A stretch of DNA of 64,000 nucleotides from a virus. Position 1 is the stretch's first letter; each line of letters opens with the position of its first letter. A program made the translations under genes and the position numbers. The notes under the pieces were generated by a model that was given only the letters and a program-made list of their open reading frames with translations, was not told the DNA's origin and did not search any database. The stretch covers positions 1-64,000 of IMG/VR virus record IMGVR_UViG_3300045988_109843, one strand, 5' to 3'. Shown piece after piece: positions 47,494-56,932 of this stretch.

Positions 47494-47714
47494 TTCGACT
47501 ATCCCTTCCCTGTTTCATCACCAGCCGCCCACGCTGATCATCAGCATCAGAAAGCACTTCTAACAGACCAAGTATGCACATGGCATTCAATACCATAAGT
47601 AAAATTATCATAATCCACATTATATTAACCACCTTCCTGCGCTTGCATTCTGTGGTTATGCAAAGCATAACAGCATAACCAGTTCTCGTCAAGCTTTTTC
47701 CAGTAATTTCCTAA

Positions 47715-47867
47715 CTACTTATACTTTCGAATCAATTCAGATAGCTCCATCAGCAAATCAGTGTCTTTAAGATGCTGCTCTGCCGGATAATACGGGGTTT
47801 GACCGCGCTCAATAATTCTTGCCTGAGCCATCCGTAGAATTTCTTCATTTGTCAAATTCTGTTTCAT
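47715..47867 (-). CDS. small hypothetical protein (50 aa, below the ORF-track cutoff)
   Basis: Hand-translated MKQNLTNEEILRMAQARIIERGQTPYYPAEQHLKDTDLLMELSELIRKYK. Sits in a ~430-nt stretch that has no ORF in the track. Confidence 0.3.
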   Translation of the reverse strand: MKQNLTNEEILRMAQARIIERGQTPYYPAEQHLKDTDLLMELSELIRKYK

Positions 47868-47922
47868 ATTATCATCGTACCTAAGTTATTTATTTTTCTT
47901 AATTTTTTCTAAAACCCGGATT

Positions 47923-48138
47923 TTATCGCCCCTTGTCCATTGCATCTTCAAGCTTGCCATTGATAGAATCAATTTCACGCATTAGCTTACAGAACCAATC
48001 TCCATCCTTACCAAGTTTGAAACACAAATCCTTGCCACCGCTTTTATAACCCATATAGCATCCAGATCGGCACAGGCTTGTCGCATCAAGTGCGTCTTGG
48101 ATTACTCGTGCTTCATTAAGAGTTAACTCAATCTTCAT
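47923..48138 (-). CDS. hypothetical protein
   Basis: 71 aa. Confidence 0.4.
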   Translation of the reverse strand: MKIELTLNEARVIQDALDATSLCRSGCYMGYKSGGKDLCFKLGKDGDWFCKLMREIDSINGKLEDAMDKGR

Positions 48139-48157
48139 TATCCATTCTCCAAAGAAT

Positions 48158-48391
48158 TTAGGTTTTATATGGGTCTACGTCAAAAGCTTCTTTGGTATAT
48201 TCTGCCTTAACCCTTTCGAGCACTTCATCGACGATGTTAATAGCAATTTCTAACCCATGCACTTTACCATGTAGATATATTCTGCCACCATTCTTTTTCA
48301 TATCAAGAGCAGACTCAAAATGCTCTCGTCTAGCGTCAATGTACTCATCATATAATCGATTGTAAATTTCTTCCAGTTCTTTCATATTCAT
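48158..48391 (-). CDS. hypothetical protein
   Basis: 77 aa. Confidence 0.4.
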   Translation of the reverse strand: MNMKELEEIYNRLYDEYIDARREHFESALDMKKNGGRIYLHGKVHGLEIAINIVDEVLERVKAEYTKEAFDVDPYKT

Positions 48392-48485
48392 GCCTCCACT
48401 TAAAACGCAAACGGATTACTATTCACTGCTATTATCAGTGCCACATTAAAAGCAAACATTACAAACGCGGTCATTCTCTATCACC

Positions 48486-48674
48486 TCAATCTCTAAATTC
48501 AATATCTACAACAATATTCTCAGGCTCTGTCATGTACCTTCGTGCCAGCAGTTCTACCATACGCTCCTTGTCGCCAAGATTACTATTACGCAGTAGATAT
48601 GAACAAACTTGCCTACCTCTGTACAAGAACACAGCCCATGCACTTCTCTTTAATGGGTTTGTGGTCTTAATCAT
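48486..48674 (-). CDS. hypothetical protein
   Basis: 62 aa. Confidence 0.35.
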   Translation of the reverse strand: MIKTTNPLKRSAWAVFLYRGRQVCSYLLRNSNLGDKERMVELLARRYMTEPENIVVDIEFRD

Positions 48675-49015
48675 TCCATCGCTTCCTCCAGAGAAGTAGT
48701 CACATCACCAAAATCAAAATCCAGCGCACCAATCATATCATCCAGAGCATCCACAGCATCAGACAAGTTTGTGCAAGCATTATCTGCCTTATCATACCGT
48801 TCACTTCCCTGCAGGTTCTCAGGCATATTGTCACGATACTCTTCTTCTTCCCACTGGATATCCTCAACATCGGATTTTACACTTTCGACCTCAGATACAA
48901 GTTCTTCCAGCTTCTTACGGATGGAACAGAAACGATCAATAGTCTGCTTAATAGCTTTTCTACGAGTGTTATTCATTTTCAAATCTCCTCTCAATCTACG
49001 ATACCAAGCTTGCAA
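48671..49015 (-). CDS. hypothetical protein
   Basis: 114 aa, acidic. Confidence 0.45.
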   Translation of the reverse strand: MQAWYRRLRGDLKMNNTRRKAIKQTIDRFCSIRKKLEELVSEVESVKSDVEDIQWEEEEYRDNMPENLQGSERYDKADNACTNLSDAVDALDDMIGALDFDFGDVTTSLEEAME

Positions 49016-49392
49016 ATATTTTTCGGATCAGTGATATAACCAAACGTCAATGTGTTTCGCAGATATCCTTTGTATTCAAAACCACGGTCACGAGCTGCTA
49101 GACGACACACATCTCGAATCGCGGATTCTCTCGGCCAAGAAATACCAGCCAGCTGATACTTCCACTGAAGATCTCTCAGCTTCTGCCACTCAATTACAGG
49201 CTTCTTTTCATTCTCAAAACATAAACCGTTCTGCACGGCATACTTTAGAGCATCACACCGCTTACTCTCTTCCGATGTACAAGTACCCCATTCATTTTCG
49301 AGACGGCGATATGCTCTATCAAACGGTGCTTGTTTTACCGCATCAATACCAAACGCTGCACCAAGCAAGCCTAACCCAAGTAACAATCCCAT
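48991..49392 (-). CDS. hypothetical secreted protein
   Basis: 133 aa. N-terminal signal-peptide-like MGLLLGLGLLGAAFG. Confidence 0.45.
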   Translation of the reverse strand: MGLLLGLGLLGAAFGIDAVKQAPFDRAYRRLENEWGTCTSEESKRCDALKYAVQNGLCFENEKKPVIEWQKLRDLQWKYQLAGISWPRESAIRDVCRLAARDRGFEYKGYLRNTLTFGYITDPKNICKLGIVD

Positions 49393-49407
49393 AATTCAAA
49401 CCTCCAC

Positions 49408-50094
49408 TCATGCTGTTTCTAGCTCTCTTTTAACTAATGAACGACGTTTCGTCGCATTTTTCAACCAATCATTCCCACTAGGAGCTTGTCTATCAACTCT
49501 CGTGTTGCGACCACTCCTTATTGGACATACCCTACGATAATCATCAGCAGTCTTACAACCAAGTGATTCAGCTTCGTCCAGTGCTTTTCGCACATAAGCC
49601 CATGTACTACCACCTAGATCAGAACACTTTTCAATCACAGCAAGTACAAGTTCATCGCCCATGCGCTCAACATATTCTGCCAAAGCCTTTTTTCCTGCAA
49701 CACCGAGCTTCCCGATGTTCTCTCGAAAAACATCCTCGACAGGTTTCGTCGTTGTCGTTTCATCACAAGACGAAGACGATATCTTATCTTTTTCTTTTTC
49801 TTTTTCTAGCTTTGTTTTGCTTGCGTTTGCTTCGTTTTGCTTACGCTTGCTTTCACCGCCAGCTTTTCCGGAAATACGCTTACCTTCGATGTATTCGGCA
49901 TCTTTAATCAAATCTCTCTTGATAGCAGGCCACACGTACCGCTCATTTCCGATGAGTTCAGGCTCCGTTCCAGACGATTTATATTTCATCATCGCCAGTA
50001 CCAGACGCCCCACCTCAGCAGCACTAAGTGGTTCAAAGTAGCTCTCGTAAGTATCCCAGATTTTAATATAAGTATCAGCCATAACACACCTCAA
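49408..50094 (-). CDS. DnaD-like / replisome-organiser-like protein
   Basis: 228 aa. C-terminal ...ALAEYVERMGDELVLAVIEKCSDLGGSTWAYVRKALDEAESLG resembles a DnaD domain. Weak match. Confidence 0.4.
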   Translation of the reverse strand: MRCVMADTYIKIWDTYESYFEPLSAAEVGRLVLAMMKYKSSGTEPELIGNERYVWPAIKRDLIKDAEYIEGKRISGKAGGESKRKQNEANASKTKLEKEKEKDKISSSSCDETTTTKPVEDVFRENIGKLGVAGKKALAEYVERMGDELVLAVIEKCSDLGGSTWAYVRKALDEAESLGCKTADDYRRVCPIRSGRNTRVDRQAPSGNDWLKNATKRRSLVKRELETA

Positions 50095-50960
50095 GAGTTT
50101 TCATGGCAGTCCACGCCATAATCAATCCCAGAGTAGTATTCATCATCCACTTCTTCATCCAGACCAATATAGCGAAGCGTAATTGCCTGGCTACTATGAT
50201 TAAGACTATGCTGTAACCAAGCTAAGGCTTTTACATCATTTGGATGAGATGCAATAAACTGATATCCGAAGGTTTTACGACAACTATGAGAACCAAGCTG
50301 GACGGGAAGATTTAATTCCTTACCGACTTGACGCATAATCCTACCAAAAGAATCCACATCAAGCGGATCTCCCGTCTCTTTTGGATTAGCATCATACTTA
50401 CGGAACACATCAGACTTGCTTACGCTCGTTCCACCGTTTGTTCTCATAGAGCTTTTCCAACTACCTTGCCGAGACGGAAAAAGCCAATCGTCATAAGACA
50501 ATCCATCAATATTGATATAAGTTTGAATACACTTTAGTGCCGGGGCCGGAACTTTAAGAATGCGATACTTATTTGTTTTCTTTTCCTTAACACGAAGTTT
50601 TGCGTTGAAATTCACCACAACCTTTCCATTCATATCTGTAGCTGCTACATCAGAAACCTTCAAACGAAGCAAATCGCTTGCTCTGAATCCTGTGCAACAT
50701 CCTACATTAAACAAACACCAGTTGCGGTACTGACGTTTAATCCAGAAATATTCTGAAATACGTTTGATATCCTCTTTGTCTTTAATTGGCTGAACTGACC
50801 CATGATTTGCTTCCATACGAGTCAGTCTATAATTCTTTTTAACTACTTTCTGACGTTTTTCTTTGTTAGAAGAGTCGTAGTCAGAAAAATCAAGAGCAAC
50901 AGTATTTTCGATTTTCTTTTCGTTTTCAAGTGCGCTCATTTTATTCACCTCAAATTCCAT
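50091..50960 (-). CDS. tyrosine-type site-specific recombinase
   Basis: 289 aa. ...GFRASDLLRLKVSDV, HSCRKTFGY, LQHSLNHSSQAITLRYIG give the R..H-R-Y catalytic residues. Confidence 0.8.
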   Translation of the reverse strand: MEFEVNKMSALENEKKIENTVALDFSDYDSSNKEKRQKVVKKNYRLTRMEANHGSVQPIKDKEDIKRISEYFWIKRQYRNWCLFNVGCCTGFRASDLLRLKVSDVAATDMNGKVVVNFNAKLRVKEKKTNKYRILKVPAPALKCIQTYINIDGLSYDDWLFPSRQGSWKSSMRTNGGTSVSKSDVFRKYDANPKETGDPLDVDSFGRIMRQVGKELNLPVQLGSHSCRKTFGYQFIASHPNDVKALAWLQHSLNHSSQAITLRYIGLDEEVDDEYYSGIDYGVDCHENS

Positions 50961-51174
50961 ACTTTAAACAATACTTACCGTAAGATAATCCTTCAGCATC
51001 TGCCATTCTTGCAATCTCAACAAATGTTGGTTTATATTTCTTTTTATTCTTGCATCGAATAGATGCCTCATTTCTTATTATCTTACGACATTCATCACAA
51101 TAGAGCTTTCCACATTTAGGGCCATACCATGTAATGCCACAGCGATTACACGTTATGTTTCCATATACCATCAT
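50950..51174 (-). CDS. hypothetical zinc-ribbon protein
   Basis: 74 aa. CNRCG...CGKLYCDEC. Confidence 0.4.
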   Translation of the reverse strand: MMVYGNITCNRCGITWYGPKCGKLYCDECRKIIRNEASIRCKNKKKYKPTFVEIARMADAEGLSYGKYCLKYGI

Positions 51175-51177
51175 AAT

Positions 51178-51447
51178 TCACACCTCAAACTTGTCAATTT
51201 TCCAATGATGTCGATAGTAATTTCCAGAGCTCTCACTAACAACGGACGCCTCACATGAATCACACCACGTTTCGTCTTGGTTCACACTATTTCCTTCCGA
51301 ATCCCGGCAATCCTTATAAAGCAAGAACATCTTTTCGGACAACTTCTCTTTATCTTTGTTAATGGTAATAATATTACCTTCCGCGTAAAAATCGCTAGAG
51401 TCGATACATTCGTGTAAAATATGAATCGTCATTTTTATGTACCTCAA
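51178..51447 (-). CDS. hypothetical protein
   Basis: 89 aa. Confidence 0.4.
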   Translation of the reverse strand: MRYIKMTIHILHECIDSSDFYAEGNIITINKDKEKLSEKMFLLYKDCRDSEGNSVNQDETWCDSCEASVVSESSGNYYRHHWKIDKFEV

Positions 51448-52064
51448 TTCTTTTCAAACAGATCGTTACGAACTTTCGGAGTGAACTGACGAGCGCCAAG
51501 CTGCTCAATAGCAGTTTCCAGCTTGCCATCTCCCCACTCTCTGGTTTTTGTGTTCATAACAATTTCAAGCAAAAGCTTTGCATCCTTAGCTTCTCTACGC
51601 TTCCGGCGAGCTCTTTTAAGTTCTGCCATAAGCTGATAACCTTGTGCTGCATTCACAGTCTTGAACTCAATAGCGTGTTCAATATCAGCAATCTCATCGC
51701 TGGCCGCAGTTAAATCGCCGTAGACTTTGGTGTATAAATCATTGAGACTGCCCATTGTTTTGTCTGTAATCTCAAGATTTTTCTTCAACTCGGTCAACCA
51801 TTCAGAATCTTCTATGTGAAATGCATATGTATTCGGCTTTGCAGCCGGAGCCGTTATATTCGGACTCTTACTTGCAGCTTCGATTTCATCCATAGGCTTC
51901 GGTGCATAGTGTCCGTTTTTATACCCGGCGGGAAGTTTGTTAATTTCACAAATCGCCAGTCCCTTAGATTCAAACTGTAATGCCAGATTGATATCACAGG
52001 TGGCGCAAATTCGACCTCCCTTCCGTTTCATAATATAGTTGTGACCATTCGAGATTACATACAT
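51444..52064 (-). CDS. hypothetical protein
   Basis: 206 aa. Confidence 0.5.
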   Translation of the reverse strand: MYVISNGHNYIMKRKGGRICATCDINLALQFESKGLAICEINKLPAGYKNGHYAPKPMDEIEAASKSPNITAPAAKPNTYAFHIEDSEWLTELKKNLEITDKTMGSLNDLYTKVYGDLTAASDEIADIEHAIEFKTVNAAQGYQLMAELKRARRKRREAKDAKLLLEIVMNTKTREWGDGKLETAIEQLGARQFTPKVRNDLFEKN

Positions 52065-53368
52065 TACTTACTCTCCTGCTCTTTCATCAGCTCTTTAACC
52101 GCTTTCTTGAACATCCGCATAGCCTTGTCATTCTCAAGGAATACTTTTGTCTTGGGACTCGGAACACGACCATGAATACGCTTATACTGCTTCATCATGT
52201 TTTCCATCTTAGTGAATCCAATCTTGTTGTAAACCATACGATAGGTTTTATGATAATGAATAGTTTTATCACCGAGTTTTTGAGCCAGCGGTTCAATAAT
52301 CGGAACCAGACGAGTTGCCGTTTCACTCTGTTTCTTAGGCTTCTCATCCACAACTTCTTTAACTTCAACTTCAACTACAGGATCGTCGTTTACATTCACT
52401 TCTGGAGCTGCTTCAATACCCTTCAAAACCGGACAAAGTTCGTTTTGATTCTGATGCAGACGCTCAATAGACGCCGCGTACATGTCTGCGACAACAGCAC
52501 CCATAACGGATTTCCAAGTGGAGTCTTCTTCGATAATATCAATCGTAGAGATTTTTCCACTACGATTCGTTCTCTTAATATACTTTGCACGAGCATCTTC
52601 CAAAACGAAACCATAATTACGATTTAAATATTCATAGATCTTGTGAAGCGTTTCTTTATTCGTGTAACCTTTTGTATTTGCAATCACACCGATCTTGCTA
52701 TACAAATCTTTACGCCAGTCACTCATTTCATCCTGAAACACATTGCGAGGAGTGTAGCTCTTAGCACGAATCGCGTTATCCATCTGCTTGTCCTTAATCT
52801 GATGGACACACTGAGATACGCTGCTAATCACATTCAGCGCTTCGTTGCTAGTAGCGCGAGCTTCCTCAATCTGTTCACTAAGATCCTTGCGAGTGGAATC
52901 AAGTTCACTCTGAAGATTCTTCATGCTATCAAATAGAGCGTGAAGTCTTACATCAATGAACTCCTTGCTCAATGCAGCATCCATCTGAGGAGTAGCCAGA
53001 ACGGAATCACCACGCATTAGAGATTCCATAATGTCCCAGCAGAAATCCATGAACGCATCTGCTTTCGGCTGACGTGACAGACGGCAGATTTCCATAACAC
53101 CACGCAAACTGTAAACAATATATTCACGTTCCTTCGTGATTCCGCCCTCAACTTTCCTCAGTTTGAGGAATGTTGAAAGAGGGTCAAGACGATCCGTATT
53201 CTTAACATGGATGTTTTGAATTGCCTTATTAGGATTATTGTACTCTAGCGCCGCACCAATCTGTTCACGAGTCATGTAATACTGGTGCTTGTCATTCTGG
53301 TACACATCCACATTCAGTGCGCCAAAGGACTTTGAGGTTATTACGGTCATAGGATTGTTGGTAGTCAT
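52064..53368 (-). CDS. Bro-N domain antirepressor-like protein
   Basis: 434 aa. The N-terminal ~120 aa (FGALNVDVYQNDKHQYYMTREQIGAALEY.NPNKAI...) resemble the Bro-N/KilA-N family. Long C-terminal extension. Confidence 0.55.
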   Translation of the reverse strand: MTTNNPMTVITSKSFGALNVDVYQNDKHQYYMTREQIGAALEYNNPNKAIQNIHVKNTDRLDPLSTFLKLRKVEGGITKEREYIVYSLRGVMEICRLSRQPKADAFMDFCWDIMESLMRGDSVLATPQMDAALSKEFIDVRLHALFDSMKNLQSELDSTRKDLSEQIEEARATSNEALNVISSVSQCVHQIKDKQMDNAIRAKSYTPRNVFQDEMSDWRKDLYSKIGVIANTKGYTNKETLHKIYEYLNRNYGFVLEDARAKYIKRTNRSGKISTIDIIEEDSTWKSVMGAVVADMYAASIERLHQNQNELCPVLKGIEAAPEVNVNDDPVVEVEVKEVVDEKPKKQSETATRLVPIIEPLAQKLGDKTIHYHKTYRMVYNKIGFTKMENMMKQYKRIHGRVPSPKTKVFLENDKAMRMFKKAVKELMKEQESK

Positions 53369-53391
53369 TTTGTTTTACTCCTTTATATTTA

Positions 53392-53637
53392 TTAAGAAAA
53401 ATCTGCGGTCAAATCTTCAAACGGCCAGCTCTTATGATTCGTGTACTCATCACTGAACACATCCATCCAAAGATAACTTTCAATATCACCACAACTTTCG
53501 TAATTGATACTGGACAGGTTAATTGTTTCGCCATCATTTCTTTTAAGGTAAATCACAATCTCAGGATATGGCTCTACAAAACCTTCTGCAACAATCCTTC
53601 CGATGGGTGTATCGATTGCAAATCGCTTCTTATTCAT
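53392..53637 (-). CDS. hypothetical protein
   Basis: 81 aa. First gene of the small-ORF array. Confidence 0.4.
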   Translation of the reverse strand: MNKKRFAIDTPIGRIVAEGFVEPYPEIVIYLKRNDGETINLSSINYESCGDIESYLWMDVFSDEYTNHKSWPFEDLTADFS

Positions 53638-53667
53638 ATTATTTTTCCTCCTAGAAGAACTGTTTTA

Positions 53668-53931
53668 TCAAATCGTTACATAATACCATCCAGTGTACTT
53701 ATCTACGCACCCCATTCGTTTATCCTCTTCTGGGTCATAAAAACCAGTAGCGGAGACTGCCGCCCCAGCCTTTTCATCAATATAATCAGCAACACTCTGC
53801 GCATCTTCGTTCGTTTTGCATAGAATGTTCTCACCATCACACCAGCGTTCACAACCTTCTTCTGGATAACAAGGCAGATTCCTCACAAAACGATTCCAAA
53901 CATCAAAAACATGATTTTCAAATTCACTCAT
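53668..53931 (-). CDS. hypothetical protein
   Basis: 87 aa. Confidence 0.4.
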   Translation of the reverse strand: MSEFENHVFDVWNRFVRNLPCYPEEGCERWCDGENILCKTNEDAQSVADYIDEKAGAAVSATGFYDPEEDKRMGCVDKYTGWYYVTI

Positions 53932-53955
53932 AATCGTTACCTCAAAACTGTTTTA

Positions 53956-54216
53956 TCAAATCTCTACGATTTTCCACCAATCATATGCGTCATAAGTATC
54001 AATACGAATATCACCTTTTAATCGCAAAACACTAAAATTCTGTTCGCCGTTTTCATCTTTATAATATTTATAATAATGATTTACAAGAATATCGTCCACT
54101 TGTTTATTCATTTCATTTTCCGCCTCAAGAATCGTATTAAAACCTTTTTTATAAACAACTTCTGGGAGAAATGAATTCTCACCTTTTGCAATATACGTAT
54201 TGATAAGTGCAAACAT
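53956..54216 (-). CDS. hypothetical protein
   Basis: 86 aa. Confidence 0.4.
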   Translation of the reverse strand: MFALINTYIAKGENSFLPEVVYKKGFNTILEAENEMNKQVDDILVNHYYKYYKDENGEQNFSVLRLKGDIRIDTYDAYDWWKIVEI

Positions 54217-54237
54217 TTTGTCCTCACAATCTATTCA

Positions 54238-54498
54238 TCAAGCCGTCTCTTTTTCCATGTACTTCAAAGCGTTGGCAAGATATCTGAACTCCTTACTCTT
54301 GTGCATTCCATCGAACCACTGAGCAACATACCAGTTTCCAAGACAATCACAGCGACACTTCAATTTGCCAAACCGGAACTCAGGTCGTACCGTTGGCATC
54401 TTACTCAGCTTATTCCACAGGTTTAAAGCCTCTTCTCTATTCATTGGAAATGATATCCATGGCTCGTGACCATCGGTAAATTCAAGTTTTAGAACCAT
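54238..54498 (-). CDS. hypothetical protein
   Basis: 86 aa. Confidence 0.4.
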   Translation of the reverse strand: MVLKLEFTDGHEPWISFPMNREEALNLWNKLSKMPTVRPEFRFGKLKCRCDCLGNWYVAQWFDGMHKSKEFRYLANALKYMEKETA

Positions 54499-54507
54499 AT
54501 CATCACC

Positions 54508-54714
54508 TCAAAACTGATACTTCCAGAACAACTTTGCATTGCCGGTAATTGTCTGCAAATAGCTAATATACTCTTTAAAGGAGCACACACCATTCATTTT
54601 CATCTTACGTGCTCCCACAGCTCGTGCAGCCACCTTCGGATCATAATCAACAGCATCAATAAATGCACTGTCAATCATCTTCTGCTCAAACATTTTGATT
54701 TCGTTAATATCCAT
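54508..54714 (-). CDS. hypothetical protein
   Basis: 68 aa. Confidence 0.35.
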   Translation of the reverse strand: MDINEIKMFEQKMIDSAFIDAVDYDPKVAARAVGARKMKMNGVCSFKEYISYLQTITGNAKLFWKYQF

Positions 54715-54731
54715 TTTTTAAAACCTCGATT

Positions 54732-55049
54732 TTATTTAATTTCAATATTCATTTTGCTAAATAAATATTTAACAGATTCTTCAATCGCATCAATAGACCA
54801 AACATTAGGATTACACACACCAAGAATTTTATCGCCAGAAGCATTATCACGTGCATCACAAAAATGCCACCAGCTATTATCGCCAGCATCATATTCATAA
54901 TAAACATCAACATCAATTTCAGGGTGACCATCTACATGATATTTAATCTGATCTTTATCATTAAATGTATCCGGTTTGTATCCACGTCCATTCCATCCAG
55001 AAGGATTCATCTTAGAAAGAAAATCTTTTGCAATTTCACGCGCCGTCAT
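54732..55049 (-). CDS. hypothetical protein
   Basis: 105 aa. Confidence 0.45.
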   Translation of the reverse strand: MTAREIAKDFLSKMNPSGWNGRGYKPDTFNDKDQIKYHVDGHPEIDVDVYYEYDAGDNSWWHFCDARDNASGDKILGVCNPNVWSIDAIEESVKYLFSKMNIEIK

Positions 55050-55240
55050 AAACTCACGCTCCCTAAAATAAAAGCCTTTTTTGAATCAAAAGGTTTTAGT
55101 AGCTCAAACTTATCGGTTTCTTCATTAAAAATTCCAACCGTCGCACCTTCTCTTAACCAATAAGAAAGTGTATCAAGTGCTTCCTTAATCTCGTCCATCG
55201 AGTTATCCCATCCACCATTGGAAACAATCACAACACTCAC
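55046..55240 (-). CDS. hypothetical protein
   Basis: 64 aa. Confidence 0.35.
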   Translation of the reverse strand: MSVVIVSNGGWDNSMDEIKEALDTLSYWLREGATVGIFNEETDKFELLKPFDSKKAFILGSVSL

Positions 55241-55497
55241 TCCCTTAATTCTCCATCCTCATAATCAAAAACATGACAACAATCTTCGCAGCCTTTCTTA
55301 TACAGGTCGGTTTGAATCTTATCATCTACTGCATCTTGCTCAATAACCGTAATTAAATCGTACCACGAAAATGTCTTTCCGTCTTTAGAGTAAAAAATCA
55401 GCATACCAGGATAGCATTCTTTGTCTGCCGATCCCGTGGCAATCAACCAACCATTATGAATTTTGATTTTGAAATCATGTTCATTAACGTTAATCAT
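55237..55497 (-). CDS. hypothetical protein
   Basis: 86 aa. Confidence 0.4.
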   Translation of the reverse strand: MINVNEHDFKIKIHNGWLIATGSADKECYPGMLIFYSKDGKTFSWYDLITVIEQDAVDDKIQTDLYKKGCEDCCHVFDYEDGELRE

Positions 55498-55510
55498 TCG
55501 TCTTTCTCCT

Positions 55511-55705
55511 TTATATTATTATCTTCTCTTCACCAAACGTTTCGGTTTCATACGTTGTATAGACAAGTTCTGTCGGCTTGCTGTAACACGTTTTCATCCA
55601 GTCAAGTTCTGCATCACGCAGCTCTTTTGTGGGATAGACTTCATGCCCTCTATATGTATCGCCGTACATAAAGTGTCTGACAGAGTATTCAAGATGGTAA
55701 TACAT
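55511..55705 (-). CDS. hypothetical protein
   Basis: 64 aa. Confidence 0.35.
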   Translation of the reverse strand: MYYHLEYSVRHFMYGDTYRGHEVYPTKELRDAELDWMKTCYSKPTELVYTTYETETFGEEKIII

Positions 55706-55890
55706 TATCGTTTTTCCAACTCCTCACACACTTTTGCAATGATAGCCAAACCTGTGCGCCGAAAATCTGCATTGTAAGGATTTTGTGCTTGAACATCTAA
55801 ATGGTACAGCAATTTTTCCAAATCAGAGCTATATTCAACGCCTGCTGTTTTACAAAGGACCTCGGCCATCGCTTGAGTGTCATATTTCAT
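55705..55890 (-). CDS. hypothetical protein
   Basis: 61 aa. Confidence 0.35.
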   Translation of the reverse strand: MKYDTQAMAEVLCKTAGVEYSSDLEKLLYHLDVQAQNPYNADFRRTGLAIIAKVCEELEKR

Positions 55891-55905
55891 AATAAAACTC
55901 TCCTT

Positions 55906-56241
55906 TTACACGCTCATATTCTCGTAAACCCAGCCAACACCTTTACTATGAAACTCATCCACCCAACGGAACCAATCATCTTGTGTGAAGTTGCCAACTG
56001 GGAAACCTCTCCAATTCTGATCAAGAACTAGTTCTCCACGTTCATTTTCGGTCCATGCGATATCTGTGTTCTCTTTCCAAAGACGCTCAACAAATTTATC
56101 ACAATCATCTTTATCCCAACTTAGCTTCTGCATCCACTGTGCATCTAAATATGTATTTTCATATGCTTCCGCAACAGCACATGGACAATTCTTACAAGAT
56201 TTCTCAATACACAACCAGCAAGGTCCATTATCATAATTCAT
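55906..56241 (-). CDS. hypothetical Cys-rich protein
   Basis: 111 aa. CWLC...CKNCPC. Confidence 0.45.
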   Translation of the reverse strand: MNYDNGPCWLCIEKSCKNCPCAVAEAYENTYLDAQWMQKLSWDKDDCDKFVERLWKENTDIAWTENERGELVLDQNWRGFPVGNFTQDDWFRWVDEFHSKGVGWVYENMSV

Positions 56242-56418
56242 ATTTTATACCTCGTAGCTTTCTTCCAGACAATCAATCAAATCTGCTACATACTCACCGA
56301 TTTAATCACAATTTACATTTTTGTATTCAGCACCGGAATTTCCATTATCACTGATATAGACGTTAAACAAACCACTTCTAACACGTTCAATATCAATGTC
56401 AATATTCATTTTCATATT

Positions 56419-56913
56419 TTAAACCTCATCAAAATCTACATCTTCCAGCACTTCATTTCCATGTTCTACAATGATATTCTTGAACCAATTTTCATTTTTC
56501 TTCCACCACTGTTCAGCCTGCTTCGGAGTTAGCACAATTCCTTTTTCCTTTGCAATATCAATAATGTCATCCGTACACCAACGTGTTTCGGCAAACCAAT
56601 ACTGATTTACGTCATCATCCTTTTCCTGTTCGTCTTCAATATAGTTAGGGCAATAGTTGGTGTAGAAATCCACATCAAAAAGTGTGATAGTCATATCATT
56701 GCCGCTTAATTCACGTTCAACGTCAGCTACTTCTTCTCTGAGATACAACTCAGACATAATACCGTCTTCATGTTCCTGAATCCATTTCTCTGTAATATTG
56801 AACTTTTTCGCCAGTTCATCGACCTCAAACACCCATGTGCCATAATTCGTATTTTCAGTACCATGTTTCACCATATAATCAGCAATCTGACGTTCCATCA
56901 TATTGTCATCCAT
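56419..56913 (-). CDS. hypothetical acidic protein
   Basis: 164 aa. Confidence 0.5.
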   Translation of the reverse strand: MDDNMMERQIADYMVKHGTENTNYGTWVFEVDELAKKFNITEKWIQEHEDGIMSELYLREEVADVERELSGNDMTITLFDVDFYTNYCPNYIEDEQEKDDDVNQYWFAETRWCTDDIIDIAKEKGIVLTPKQAEQWWKKNENWFKNIIVEHGNEVLEDVDFDEV

Positions 56914-56932
56914 GATATCTTCCTCCTAAAAT

